NCBI GenBank assembly: GCA_024137785.1 | Contig: JAHRHZ010000016.1 | Span: forward strand, 44,260,351-44,324,350 | DNA: 64,000 nt | Source of the DNA: Ginglymostoma cirratum | Taxonomy: Eukaryota | Direction: 5' to 3' | Part shown: positions 1 through 13,282 of the stretch, one piece after another | How the letters are laid out: each line of letters begins with the position of its first letter | How positions within the stretch are numbered: the first letter of the stretch is position 1 | The notes under the pieces: generated by a model | Database searches by the model: none | What the model was told of the DNA's origin: nothing | The model's input: only the letters and a program-made list of their open reading frames with translations | Translations under genes and position numbers: made by a program

Positions 1-431
1 CCCCCAACCGCATCCCAAAACCAGCCCAGCTCATCTCCACCTCCCTAACCTGTTTTTCCTCTCACCTCAAGCCACACCCCCATCTCCTATCTCCTAACAT
101 CATCCCGCCCCCTTGACCTGTCCGTCCTCCCTGGACTGACCTATCTCCTCCGTACCCCACTACCTACACTCACCTTTACTGGCTCCATCCCTGCCTCTTC
201 GACTTGTCTGCCTCCTCTCCACCTATCCTCTCCTCTATCCATCCTCTATCCGCCTCCCCCTCTCTCCCTATTTATTTCAGAACCCTCTTCCTCTCCCCCA
301 TTTCTGATGAAGGGTTTAGGCCCGAAACGTCAAGTTTTCCTGCTCCTATGATGCTGCTTGACCTGCTGTGTTCATCCAGCCCCATGCTTGTTATCTCGGA
401 TTCTCCAGCATCTGCAGTGCCTTTTATCTCT
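1..431 (+). mobile_element. Penelope-like element 3' end (pyrimidine-rich tract, terminal repeat and tail), truncated by window edge
   Basis: Same architecture as the terminal part of the GIY-YIG-bearing element at 31594-32215. Terminus ctgatgaagggtttaggcccgaaacgtc...ttgttatctc plus a 33-bp tail ending ttttatctc. Confidence 0.8.
301..334 (+). ncRNA. Minimal hammerhead-ribozyme-like motif (PLE-associated)
   Basis: ttt CTGATGA A GGGT ttag GCCC GAAAC GTC aag: core boxes, 4-bp stem II, palindromic ACGT stem III, 3-bp stem I. Confidence 0.65.
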
Positions 432-432
432 G

Positions 433-1290
433 ATACAATTGTAACCCCCAGGATGTTTGGTAGTGGGGACAGTGATGGTTATTCTGTTGAATGTCAAAAG
501 GGTGATGGTTAGATTCTATTTTGAAGAAGATGGTCATTATTTTACGCTTGTGTAGCACGAATGTTACTTGCCACTTGTCAGCACAAGACCATTGCCCACG
601 TCTTGCTGCATTTTGACAGACACTGCTTCACTATCCAAGGACTTGTAAATGGTGCTGAACCTTGTGCAATCATTAGCAAACAACCCACTTCTCACTTTAT
701 GAGAGGGGGAAGGTCAGTGATGAAGCATCCAAAGATGGTTGGGCCTAGGACACTACCGTGAGGAACTCCTGCAGAGATGTCTTGTGGTGGCGATGACTTG
801 CTTCCAACAACCACAACCATCTTCCTAAGTATCAGTATGACTGCAACCAGTAGACAGCTTGCCCCCTGATATCCAGTCTTACTAGGGCTCCTTGATGCCA
901 CACTCTGTCAAATGCAGCTTTGACATCAAGGGTTATCATGCTCATCTCATCTCTGGAATTCAGCTCCTATGTCCACGTTTGAACTAAGGCTTCAATAAGG
1001 TCAGGAGCTGAGTGGCCCTGGTGGAACCCAAACCAGGTATCACTGAGCAGGTTATTGCTGAGCAGGTGCTGCTTGATAGCACTGTTGATGATACCTTCCA
1101 TCACTTTACTGATGATCAAGAGTAGACTGGTGGGGCAGTAACCGGCAATGTTTGATTTATTCTACATTGTGTGTACCTGGGCAATTTTCCATGTTGTTAG
1201 ATAGACACCAGTGTTGCAGTTTTAGCTCAACAGATTGGCAAGGGGCATGGCAAGTTCTGGAACACAAGGGCAACCACTGTGCTCAACATT
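433..1290 (-). mobile_element. Decayed non-LTR retrotransposon (CR1/L2-like) reverse transcriptase fragment
   Basis: ORF 692-901(-) contains SAGVPHGSVLGPTIFGCFITDLP, the RT GVPQGSVLGP motif. Confidence 0.75.
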
Positions 1291-1326
1291 TACAGTCAAA
1301 TGTGAAAGACTAAAAATTGTGCTTAC

Positions 1327-1444
1327 CTCCCGGCACACTGCTGCTATCTGACCTTCATCCATACACGTCTCTGTGACTACATCTGTCAAAGAACCTCCAG
1401 CCAGGTATTCCATTACTACCCAGAGTTCATCCCCTACAAGGTAA
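1327..1444 (-). CDS. PAK3: PAK3 coding exon 10 (hinge region); gene continues beyond window start
   Basis: tttcag|T TAC... encodes (S)[39 protein letters not shown], then |GTAAGC. 118 nt. Confidence 0.97.
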
Positions 1445-2616
1445 CTGAAAAAGCAAAACAGCGACCACTCAAACTTGTTTAAAGAATAATAATTATTAGC
1501 AAATCTTAAAGGTGGCCCAACATTACGTGCAAAGCCTGAAAATCAACAAGATATGACTTTTTTGAGGATGTGAATGCAAGGACAGTTGATGAGTGGGCAG
1601 TGTAGAGCCCAGGGCAGTCAGAATCACTCCCAGACAGGAGCTCCTGATCTCACTGTGTGAACAATTCATGCATAATGCCCGGGGGTGGTGGTTTAAGCAA
1701 TTGGCCCCTTTTGGTATTCGATAAGACGATGATAGTACTAAGCATGATAAATGAGCAGTATGATCCTAAAAATAGCCATCACAGCATTCTCTCTAAGGGA
1801 GGGCTACAAGAGCACCTTTACAGGAATTTTTGTGGATCAGTCAGAAACAGACTGGTATGGGGAACCCATGTGGTGAATTTTATACGGGTTGGACTGGGCA
1901 GATTCCTTCCAAACCATCACCTGGTCAAAAATGCGGTCAGTGCCTCACTGGCTTTAGATTGCCATGAGTGGCCTTAAAAGGGAGAGGGGGTGGTCTTGAC
2001 CTTGAGCGCTGCCACCCAATCTGATTGGCTGACAGCCAAGAAGTCCCAGCAACTTTAGAACACTCTAGTGACCGTTAATCAGACCACAAGGACTGCCAAA
2101 AAGGAGGAACATGGACACTGGGACTTCAATGTGAGTCTGGAGATTTTGTCAGGAAGGATTGGATCACCAGTTGGGAGTTTGAGGTTATGAGGGGATACAG
2201 AACGATACAGTTCTGTCCTGAGGAACAGTGCCCAGAATCAACACGGGAGACTCCTGAAAACCAGATACAACCTACAGTTCCAGCTTTTATTTTGAGCTGG
2301 CCTCCTTCCTTCCATCAGCCCACTGCATTAGGGAAGTGGAGGTGCTGAAGTGACCTTTATTTGGCAGCTTAACAGCCATGAATAGGCCCAGCAGTGAGAG
2401 GTCTGCTTGATACCTTAACCCTCTACTCAATGTAATATGGGAGAACAATTTGAGGAAGAGCAGGAGGACAGAAGGCTGGCCAGCCACATTGTTTTGACTG
2501 CTCCCCTATTTCCAATACAGTTGTGATGGTTGCTGTGGTGGGGAGGGGGAGGGTGGTCATAAAACTCCCTCATGTTTCAAACCCTTCTAAAAAATAAAAA
2601 AAAATGTCAAACCACA

Positions 2617-3026
2617 GATAGGCTGGGACTTTTTTTTTTCATTGGAGCGTGGGAGGTTGAGAGGAGACCTTGTAAAAAAGGTTCATAGAATAAATGGTAG
2701 TTGTCTTTCCTCTGTTTTGGGGGAATTTCAAGAATAGGGACTTTTTTTTTAAAAAGGTGGCAGGAGAGAGATTTAAAAAAGACACGAGGGACAATTTTTT
2801 TTTTAAAAACTCAGAGGGTAGCTCATGTATGGAACAAACTTCCAGAGGAAATGGTGGATGCAGGTATAATTACAATGTTTAAATGACATTTGAATAAGTA
2901 AATTAATAGGAAAAAGATTTGGAAGGAAATGGGCCAAGGGCAGGCAGGTGGGACTACTTTAGTTTGGGATTAGTGTCAGCATGGACCATTTAGACTAAAG
3001 GGTCTGTTTTTGTGCCACATGACTCT
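2617..3026 (+). mobile_element. CR1-type LINE 3' fragment
   Basis: Encodes a decayed FF.QRV..VWNKLPEE.V.AG motif typical of the CR1 ORF2 C-terminus; similar to 22669-23247 and 14705-15030. Confidence 0.75.
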
Positions 3027-3585
3027 ACTTACCATTAGCAATCTTCCATTGCAGCTGAATACTTGAGCAAGTGGATTTCATGTCACAGATGTATCTGAAA
3101 CTTTCAGTTCCACTCCTGTAGGTATTTACACCATATTTTGCATAGAGCTAACCAATATTTCTAAAAACACAGTTTAGCGTATTTTATGAGCTCCTTCCAT
3201 CTGAATGTAAACAGACATATTTTTAAGCTGCTTGTCCTTGCCCATAATTGAGCCACCTCCTGCATTGACTTCTATTGTTAATTTTAGACACATGTTACTT
3301 TGTAGTCTTATTGAAGTCTAATTCTCTCCTGGCCACTTTCCAGGTTTCTCTGAGCAATTCACCATTCAGGCTCAGAACTAAATCACCATTCCTTCCCAAT
3401 ACTGGATTAAAATCCTGGGATTCCCTCCCTATCAGCACTATGGCTATACCTATGACATATAGACTACAATGACTCAAGAAAAGTGGCTCTCCATCACTTG
3501 TTTAAGGGAAACTAGGGATAGGCAACAAATGCTGGCTTCCTCTCTGATGTTCATGTCCCATTAAAGAATATAATTTTTGAAATAA

Positions 3586-3948
3586 TGAAAGAATTCCAAC
3601 AGGACTTGACGAGGTAAACACAGGAAGGATGTTCTTGATAGCCAGGAAATCTAGAAGCATGGGTAACAGTCTAAAGGGATAGGGAATAGAACATTTAGGA
3701 CTGAGAGGAGGATAAATTTCTTCACCAGTGTTGAACCTGTGGAATTTGCTACCATAGAAAGCTGCTGAGGGCAAAATATTGAATGATTTCAACAAGGAGT
3801 TAAATATAAAAGCTTTGGGCTAAAAGGGATCAATGGGTGTGGGAAGTGGGAACACAGTACTGATGATACTGGGTGTTCGGCCGTGAGCATATTGAATGGT
3901 GGAATAAACTTGAAGGGCCGAATGGCTCACTCCTACTCGCTATGTTTC
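3586..3948 (+). mobile_element. CR1-type LINE 3' fragment, older subfamily
   Basis: ctgtggaatt...ctaccatagaaagc and tail attgaatggtgg...gaagggccgaatggc...actcct shared with 43494-43745. Confidence 0.65.
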
Positions 3949-4842
3949 TAGAAAAAGTACATTCTTGGCTTTGTTGCAGAGGATGGGCAAGGCTCCAGGT
4001 ATTAAAATTTAATCTGGACACTGTTGTGAGAAAAGTCATGGGAGTATTGTATTTCTGATATCTTTCTGATATTGTTTAAAACGCTCTGGACTGTAAAAAA
4101 AAATGGTTTTTACAAATAGGGATTTACCAGGATGGGTGCCTAATTTCATAGCATGAAATTTGACGTGTATTGTGAACTCTATTTTTGTGGCTGAGAGCTC
4201 CTGCAATGTGCTAAGGGTCAGGAGCTGACAAGTTGTTCTCCCCGAAGCTGCCTGTGCTCTGCAGTAAAAACTCAGTTTAAACCCACCAGAAACCTGTTAT
4301 CTCCCCTGCAGCAGTTGCCATGAGTTGTGACTTTTAAATGGATACAATCAGACATTTGACACAAATCCTGTGTATCTTACAAACCAGGTGGTCTAGCCAA
4401 CCGAAGGCGGATCATCTCACCATTAGGCTCTTTTGCTGTTGGTTGTGCTCGTGTATTAACAGTGTTTTAGCCAGTGGCACTATACATCTGTTTTCTTGTA
4501 CCTGCAGGTTAATTATTTGCAACAAACAATAATCCTTTTCAGTGCAGAAACCTGGGCTATGCTTTCTAGCAACTTTGATATGATAGTCAGGGAAACTGTG
4601 GTAATGAGTGTACATTCATAAAAACTTTAACAGAAAGGGTTCGACTCAATTTATGGCCAACCCAGCAGGTCGTAACATCTTGAATACTTCCACCTTTCAG
4701 TTATAAAGATACTGGAAGCGGAGGGGGCAATGGGAGAGGGAAGGGGGAAGCTGTTTAAACTACTGTAGGTGTGGGACCTTATTTGCTAAAACCTCCAGAA
4801 TTACTTCCAAGCAGAATGCAGAACCTCGAGATTGAGGACTCA

Positions 4843-4962
<120 letters not shown>

Positions 4963-6192
4963 TCAGATTTGGTTGAGGTCAGAGGTTAGTGAGATAGTGT
5001 CTGATAGTATGTTTAGTTAAAAACCAAAACAGGCCACTTTCAGTAGCGCATCCTTTGTTGTGGTAGATTCAGAATGTCTCAGGTTTAACCTGTTTTTTGT
5101 TTTGTTAGACGTGTAAGTCTAAGTTAGAATTGGTTTGTTTTGCCTTCCCATTGATAGGATTCCTATTTTGATTGTAATCCAGCATTTTTTTGCTTCAATG
5201 TACATGTATGTGGGATATCTGGTGAGAAGGGGATGGAGTTTGATTTGACTCCACCTGTAAAACTGACCTTGAGCCAAAACACAAGGCATGTATGTTTTTT
5301 ATTCCAAACTAAATTTGATTGATTCACAAATGCGGTTTCAGCATAAATACAGTTGTAAGAGAAGCAATGTCAAAGCCTGTGCTATCAGCTGTTGCTTTTG
5401 TATTGTTGTTACCTGCCTGAATTGGCCATGTTTCAAACAATGCACGTGGAACAAGTGATATGAAAGGAATTGGCAGCAAGTCAATGAAGAAAGTAAAGTA
5501 AATTCTATATTTGAATTTTCCATCCTCCTCTCTTCATCAATTTCCTCCTTTTTCCACAAAATGTCATACACATTCAGAGTGCAAATAATGAAAAGCACCT
5601 TCAATAAATCAGCTACACCACAACACTCAAACAGTGATATCGATAATAAAACACAGCTACCCCTCCTCCGATGTTTAACAATTTCTATCAAGATAAAAAG
5701 CCCCAGGGATAGAATGTCTCTGCTGTTCACTGTCAAATGGTGGATGTGCTGAACTGGAAATCAATTTAAATGCAATACAGTCAGACGGCTGTCAGCTTCA
5801 GAGTTCAAAATGTCAAACAAATGCCATGAATTTGGAAAGGACAAAGTTCCTCACAGAAATGTATGCAGAATGTTCTGGCAATTGATTAGAACCCACGTAC
5901 AAATGTGACTCAGCAAAAAGGAGGCGATAGAACTGGAAAATGAAGTTACAGGGAGGTTATCAGTCAGCCTCACTGATGTTCAATGCTTATTCCAGATTGC
6001 AAATGCTAGGCCTATTTCTAAAAATTTGGAGAACGTCCAACTGTTAGTCTGATTTGGATTCCATCAGAAAAAATAATCGCACCCTTAAAATCGAGTGTGT
6101 ATGTGATAATTTAAGCAAATCGTTTGCTTCCATATTTGAAGACTGCAGGGTGCTACAAAAGTGCATCTAATAGAAGGCAATGGCAATTAAAA

Positions 6193-6327
6193 CGAAAACC
6201 TAAAGAACTGCAGATGCTGTAAATCAGAACTGGAGGAAGGGTCACTCGAACAGAAACATTAACTCTGATTTCTGTCCACAGATGCTGCCAGACTTGCTGA
6301 CCCTTTCCAGCAATTTAATTTTTTGCT
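6193..6327. mobile_element. PLE-derived terminus, second family: inverted tail plus forward terminal repeat, 10-bp TSD
   Basis: GCAATTAAAA at 6183-6192 and 6328-6337. Decayed core ggaggaagggtcactcgaacagaaacattaac, similar to 37361-37490. Confidence 0.65.
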
Positions 6328-6460
6328 GCAATTAAAATAAAACTGGCTCTCTTTTTTTGTTAAATTGATATATTATACTTTGAGTGCTTCTTTCTGATGG
6401 TCTAGCAAGACTTTGGGATTAGGTTACGCATGGGGGTGGGGGGGCGGAGAAGGCGGCGGA

Positions 6461-6577
6461 ATTGCCTGGAGTGTTCAGGGATGTGTAGATTAGGGGGATG
6501 GGTCTGGGTGGGATGCTGTGAGGGTCGGTGTGGACTTGTTGGGCCAAAAGGGCCTGTTTCCATACCGCAGGAATACT
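6461..6577 (+). mobile_element. HE1-like SINE 3' fragment
   Basis: Matches the 3' half of the SINE at 55082-55372. Confidence 0.7.
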
Positions 6578-7361
6578 AAGAAACTAAGAAGACCCTCTAA
6601 AGGCACTAAGTACCACATTCTACAGCTACTACTCAGTCTGGTTGGCCAGCAGACCCAGCAACGCCAGAGCTCGGTAGTGGAGGCTGTCGGTACTGCATCT
6701 GGTCTCAGGTAAAGGCCCCAATGGATTGTGGACTAACGGTTTCAGTAAAAAAAAACACAACAGGCTGGAAGCTGCTGGTAAACCCACGCACAACTCAGTC
6801 ATCCTTTACCGTACAACTTCTGCTTCAGTTTAAACATACTGTGCTCTGAGCTTGGAAGAAAAAAAAAATTTGGGCGACAAGGGACTGGGTCTTTCACTCA
6901 GAGGTAAGGGCTTCGGGGAAGGTTGATGTGGCCACAATAGGGAGGGCAGGGGGAAGGGGAGAAGGGAAGAATTGGGGGGGGGGCGGGGGATGATAATGTT
7001 TTAAAGTCTGTTTGGGGAGGAAGGAAGGGTTGGGGGGTGTAGTATCTCCTGGAGAGATTGGGTAAGAGGGGAGGGCTTGATGCACAATTTCAGCATCTAA
7101 ACTGATGGGACCCCCTTTCCTTGCTGCACTTTTTAAAAAAAAAAAAAAACTTGTAAACAAAAACAAGCTTCCAACTCCTATCCACCTGCCCACACAACCA
7201 CTACCACCACACCCCTCCACCCTACCATTACGGGGTCACTTGAGCTTTTCACAATCTCAACGGAGCCTTATTTGTTCACACATGGTGGGTGGGCTGCTGA
7301 TTTTGGCATCCATATTATGGGGTTGAGCTGGGAGTCGGTGGGAAATGGGTCGTCTGGGCAA

Positions 7362-7446
7362 GGGTCTAGGCCCGAAACGTCAAGCTTTCCTGCTCCTATG
7401 CTGCTGCTCGGCCTGCTGTGTTCATCCAGCTCCACACCTTGTTATC
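7362..7446 (+). mobile_element. Short 5'-truncated PLE terminus with 12-bp TSD
   Basis: TCGTCTGGGCAA at 7350-7361 and 7447-7458 flanks gggtctaggcccgaaacgtc...ttgttatc. Confidence 0.8.
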
Positions 7447-8043
7447 TCGTCTGGGCAATGTCCTCTTTTTTTTAAAAAGAGCTCACCCTCCCATTGAAAA
7501 CACGCCCAGCAAGGGCATGTAACATATGGCCCTGGGGCTCTCGTTTATCCTAGGCCTTTGATTGGTACATTGCCAGGCACTGGCACTATTCTGAGTGGTG
7601 CTGCCTGCAATAAGAGTGTTCCCAGCCTCTGACTGACCGGCGGGTTCCAGGGGCAGGATTTTCACCTCCAGGGGAATCAAAATGGAGGCCACTAATTATG
7701 ATCAATCTTCTCCAATGTGGGGCTCTTAGCCACTGTCCAGCTTGCAGCCAGGACCGGTCTCCCCCAGATTAAATGCTGCCCTGTATATTTTACAAGCTTT
7801 TAGATTAGAGAAAAAAAAGGAAACTATGAAAACATCTACAGTACGCAAGAGGCAGTGGTATGATGACAGATACATCTTTACGCATAGGTTATAATGCATT
7901 TCCTGGTATCATTGGATGTGTTGCATCAAGAGGTGCATTACACAGAGGTAGCAAAAACTTTGATACAATAGACAGCATTCCAGAAAAATTACTAGACTCC
8001 ATAAATGCCAAAAAACAAAAGCAACTTAAGGACAACGACTTAC

Positions 8044-8092
8044 CTCTTGCCCAGTGGCGATGTCTATTGCAGTGTATACAGTGCCTGATGCT
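8044..8092 (-). CDS. PAK3: PAK3 coding exon 8 (glycine-rich loop)
   Basis: ttctttag|A GCA TCA GGC... encodes (G)ASGTVYTAIDIATGQE, then |GTAAGT. 49 nt. Confidence 0.96.
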
Positions 8093-10050
8093 CTAAAGAA
8101 GTGAAGCAAAACAGGAATTGTCAGCATGCTCAATATCAAAAATTCCTGATATTTTCATAGATATTACAATGAGGGATGGAGCTGCATTTCAAGTTCTGCA
8201 TCAAAAGTCCACAATTAGCTCCAACATAGATATGATAATAGAAGTATAATATACAAAGCAAAAGACTTTGCTTGGATCAGACCCTCATGTTGTATTTATA
8301 GGAAACTGTTAAATTCTATTACATTGCTAGGGGAGTTCCTGCTAGGCAACTGGCTGTACTTTATACACAGAATGGTCCAGAAGAATCTACAAGACAACAT
8401 TGTGGAGCGTTTTTGTTTAAACTCACCAGGAAATATTGAAAGAACATCCCCATTATTTCAATCTTACTTCAAGGCCAGATTTAAATGTGGAATATAATTT
8501 AGCATATAATCACAAGTTGATTTTCTGAAACACAAGGCTGACCATTATTCCAAATTGCTGGAAAGCTTCCTGTTCAGAATGGGTCGAATTTTCATTGAAC
8601 TTCATATAAACAAGCTCAGAATCCATCCTTTTACATCACTGCTCGGAGAATAATCCAGTTTTCTAAGCATGTAATCAATTGTTATCTTAACCTTTTGCTC
8701 GATTTCAAGAGTATAATTGACTCCATCTTTTATCAATTGTATTTAAAAGGCATCAGCGCAAATAATTGCATTTTAAAAATAAAAATGAGTATCATTTCCT
8801 TCCTTTTTCTCCTCCACTCATCCTCCAGAGTTTAGGCAGGGTGAGAGAGCTCAGCCAATTTAACCAAGGAGTGCAGGGCAGAAGAGAATGAGAAGTCCTG
8901 CCTCCTCAGAGATGTGAATATGGAATCAGAGTGACAGCCAATTGGACACAATTGAAACAAATTGATTGGAGTTAAGTCACTATTAACTATAGATCATAAA
9001 AAAGTGGTGTACGCATGTCTCTTTAACAAGGCACTGACACTAAGTATATTGAGTAAACCTATGCTAAAGAGCAAATGCTCATTGGAGGTCACAGCCTAGC
9101 TCTACATATTGAGTATTTAGAAACAGGACTGTGAGAAATGGCTTACTAAACCATTGCTAGTGTTACAAACCCCTGTAACTAAACCTGCATCCTCTACAAG
9201 TTGCACACTAACTTTACTGTCCATGATAAAGTTAAACGATGACATAAGCTGGATCCATGGTAATAAGACCCCTCACTGTGGGTACTGGATGCTGTTATTA
9301 CAGGTGCCACCACTTATCTCCCCTATTTATCACAAGATGATATTAACACATAAAACATTCCACTAAGTCTCAATCGATTGTCTACTGTTCCTTGCACCGT
9401 GAAATGTAACAAAATACACAAATAATATTTTTACCAATATCAATGGACTCACTGGACAAGTCAACAATCCCTGAACTGAACAGGCCAAATTGCTTTAAGA
9501 AGCTGCATGTACATATAACGAACTGATACACTTACAAATTTCCACATGGGGAGAAAATCTCCCTCCTTCTAAATCAATTTTTCATTCTTTCAGAGTTCTT
9601 TGTGGCAGGAATTAGCTCATGCACTTGCCAATAAAATCCCCCATTTTGAATAAGGAGCAGCTTCCATTGTTTTTGGAGCAACAATAACATCGTCATTTTA
9701 GCTCATCCTTCTGGCCTGTGTCTCTGAATAAAATCCATTCCAACATTTCTGACATGAGTAAATCTAGGAAATGCTGCATGACCTGTATTGTCTCACATTA
9801 ATCTTGTATGTCAGAACACATAATCCTTAGCTGAATGGTGTTCCAAATAATTTACATGAAATAACACACGAGTTAGCTTTGCCTCAGAGTTAATAATTTG
9901 ATTACTGAATATAAATGAAAGCAAGATCCGGAATTGTTACTTTTAACTTCTAACAGAACAAGTAGAAAAGAAACAACTTTCGATATTATGATAGAATGAC
10001 TCAGTGATGCTACATAATAACGACAACAACAGAATCAATTAAAAAAAAAA

Positions 10051-10228
10051 TTACAGAAAATACAGGAAATGCACAGCAGATCTGGCAACACTAGTGGAGA
10101 AAGATGGTTACAATTTCAGGTTGATGACCTTTCAAGTCCAGTTCTAGTGAAAACCATGAACCTGAAGTGTTAATGCGGTGTCTCTCCCCACCAATTCTCC
10201 CAGGCCTATTGAGCATTTTCTGTCTTTA
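10051..10228. mobile_element. Old, degenerate inverted pair of PLE-type termini
   Basis: Left arm acagaaaatac...tttcaggttgatgaccttt loosely mirrors right arm gttctagtgaaaaccatgaacctgaag...gcattttctgt. Confidence 0.45.
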
Positions 10229-12968
10229 TATATCATTTTGCTTCCATGTATCTAGTGGTTTAATCACTGACTGGAGTGAGGTTGACTACAAACCTGTGGC
10301 TAGCTTCAGTGTCCTTTTTGGTAGGTAGGCATCATTTCTGACACATTCATCCTCTAGCAATTTGAGCTCCACTGGTGTTTGGAAAAATACACACAGTCAG
10401 AAACTCTGCCATTTCTTTGCAAACATCCATGGTGATCCTCAGGCGTATCCCATCATGTCCCACTGAGTTTTCTACTTTTAAGTCTGAGTAATATGTTTAG
10501 TAACACTGTTTTTGAGTGACAACCCCTACTCTACAGACACTTTTAGTTAGTCTATGATCCCAAATTCTGTCCCTTCTCGGTTGAAGTTTAATGCCTCCAG
10601 AGGCAAGGAAGGGGGAAAACAAAGATCACATGGGTACCGTATTCGATTGGTTCCCTAACTTTGTCCTACCATCGGACCATTTTAAAGACAGTGGGACCAG
10701 GAGCAAACTGGTTGCCTTCAGAAAAGATCCAACTTATTTCTGTAAATAAATACCCCCAATTAGGTGCCCATGGATCAACAGAACCTCATTACATGAGAAA
10801 CAGTTAGTTAACAGGAGAAGCCTCCCCCGCCCCCCTGGAAGGGCGTGGTTTTGTAAAGCAAGGAGGTGGTTGATGGCTGTGAATGCTGTTGGGGACCAAG
10901 CTATTCTCCACTCAATCACCACCAACATCCCCACACACCAACCCCCCACCCAAAAAAAGTGCTTTTTTTCCTTCAGCATTCCTTTCTCTGCCTTCAAGAT
11001 TTTGTCTACAACTCTGAAGGCCCAGTACCTCTGCCTGCCTCAATGACCACTGCTCCATGGCACTACCGAGCTAGTTCCTCTTGAATGGGACCAAGAGCTT
11101 TCAGTAGTGACTGCAGCCCCAGAGGCAGCAACTAAATTGGCCACCACTTGCAATGAAGCCTTGTGCAGGCCTGTATTCTGGCATCACCCACTTTGTTCCA
11201 ATGACTGGCCATCTGCCTAGTCAGTAAATTCAGGCCAATTCCTTCAAACTACACATGGCAATATTAATAAATAGCCCTCATTATCATTCAATCCAATGTT
11301 CACTACACTTTGGATAAAAGTTTGGTTTATTAGTAACAAAAACCTTTTCATTTTCTATTCCAGACTCCTAAATCCATTTCTGTCACAGTAAATCAGTCCT
11401 TCCTCATTTACTGCAGTCCAACTGGGCTGATTTCACATATCAATGGTTATAGGAAAGAGAGATGGAGAAATTTTGGCATTTAGGAGATTTGAAAAATCTG
11501 ATAAAGTAGGCTTTGAAAATGATCTGAGAGGCAATGACTGTAAGATATAGTCAGTCAATAAATAGAAAAGGCAAACCCAGGTGGTGTTTTATGAGTTACA
11601 GTCCAAGAAGAAAAGAGATGAATGGAAAACTCTCTCAGGGGATGGAATTAAGAACACTGTACTGTTTTAAGGAACACTTGGATGCAGAAATTCAGCACTG
11701 TAACTTTTATAGATGGATGAACCGAATGTTTTCGTTTGTAAACGGTCTGCAATCTTGTAAACTGGTGCGAATCAATTTGCCAGATGCCAAAGTCCGTGGC
11801 TGAGGTGTGTGTGGGGCTGATACCCTTGGATCATGCCCAGACTTTGTTCTTCCGTGCCCATGGATGGTCTGCGTTGGAGTCACAGGACTAACCATGACCC
11901 ACCTGCTGGCCTACAGAGGCATGGACCCCTGACCAGACACCGGACTGCAGCCAATCCCTTGGACTAGTAATCAGAGGCCTGACAACCTGAAGGCTGTCTG
12001 CAGTGATTTGCCAGGTCCTCATTCCAACTTCCACATTGAGAATTCTCATCCTCACCTTGTTCGCTGCATTTGGCAAGATAAGAAGCCAAATGGTAATGAG
12101 GCAAATTGTGGTTTTAAAAAGCCATATTCCTCCTTACTTGGCCAATTTATTGCTACCTAGTGAGACACTCACCTCGCTGCATGCATAAAAAATACAGCAA
12201 GTTGCTCCTGACATCAAGGTAGGCCTTGTGGGATTTCTCACATAGTTCTTTTACAAACCACACTACGGACCATGTGATTCAGCCCCACAAGATAAGAGTC
12301 ACCCACTGACATTTCTGGATTTGACAGAACTGGAGACACACTTGTAACCTTTAAAGCAGCACTTTTATATGGTTAAATGACATGGACCCCTGCAAGTACC
12401 CTCTAAATATTCATAATTATGGATTATGATCAATAAGATTTCATAACAGTTTGTGGTGTACAAATATAGTTCCAATACTGCCTGTTTTGTATCTCCACCT
12501 GAGACCAATTTCTGGTACTAAAATGTGCACCAACTTGTAAATGCAGATGAAATGAATTTACGCTAGTCCTAACATTTTAGTACATGCTTTGGTTAAGTGT
12601 TGAACAAAAGTTATGAGCATAGAAACAGATTGTGCAGTTTTGTTCAAGAAGTTTTAAGATTAGAATGTACTTAAATTTAATTCCATTAGAAGAGTAAATT
12701 GCTATAACAGGAGTTAACGTATTAGATTACACATTGTCTGTGGAATTAACAGGTTTAATTAGCAAACATTGTTTAATGTACTTTGAATTTGGCATAAGAT
12801 GGCATTATATTGATCGTCTTTTTGGGAGAGCTCAGATGAAATGAACATTTTACATTGATATGGTGTTCTTTAATGACCTAGTGGGGCGGCCAGAGGGTCT
12901 ACCTACTCACTGCATGTTGCTATACAACATTGCATATTAATTCACTAGTTATCCCCATCATTAGAATA

Positions 12969-13282
12969 TCATGATAAAAATCCCTACAGTGTGCAAGCAG
13001 GCCATATGGTCCATCGAGTCCACAGTGGCCCTCCAAAGAGCATCCCACCCAGACCCAATCCACCCCCGCCCTATACCAATAACCCTGCATTACCCATGGC
13101 TAATTCACCTAGCCTGAATATCTTCTGGTGCTCTGGTTTCCTCCCAACAATCCAGAGAAAACCCATGCAGACAGGGGGAGAATGTGCAAACTCCGGACAG
13201 ACAGTTGCCCAACAGTGGAATCGAACCCAGGTCCCTGGTGCTGTGAGGCAGCAGTGCTAACCACTGAGCCACCGTGCTGTCC
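12969..13282 (-). mobile_element. HE1-like tRNA-derived V-SINE with internal micro-inversion
   Basis: A box TGGCTCAGTGG, B box GGTTCGATTCC, central gagtttgcacattctccc domain, LINE-like tail cactgtagggatt. Confidence 0.85.

Noticed and set aside
204-512. Recurrent peptide DEGFRPETSSFPAPMMLLDLLCSSS in several ORFs (also 7272, 22189, 61035, 61200)
   Set aside because: Translation of the non-coding PLE terminal repeat, not a gene family.
13220-13282. tRNA gene (A and B boxes); also near 48575 and 55090
   Set aside because: These are SINE heads followed by SINE body; no complete cloverleaf.
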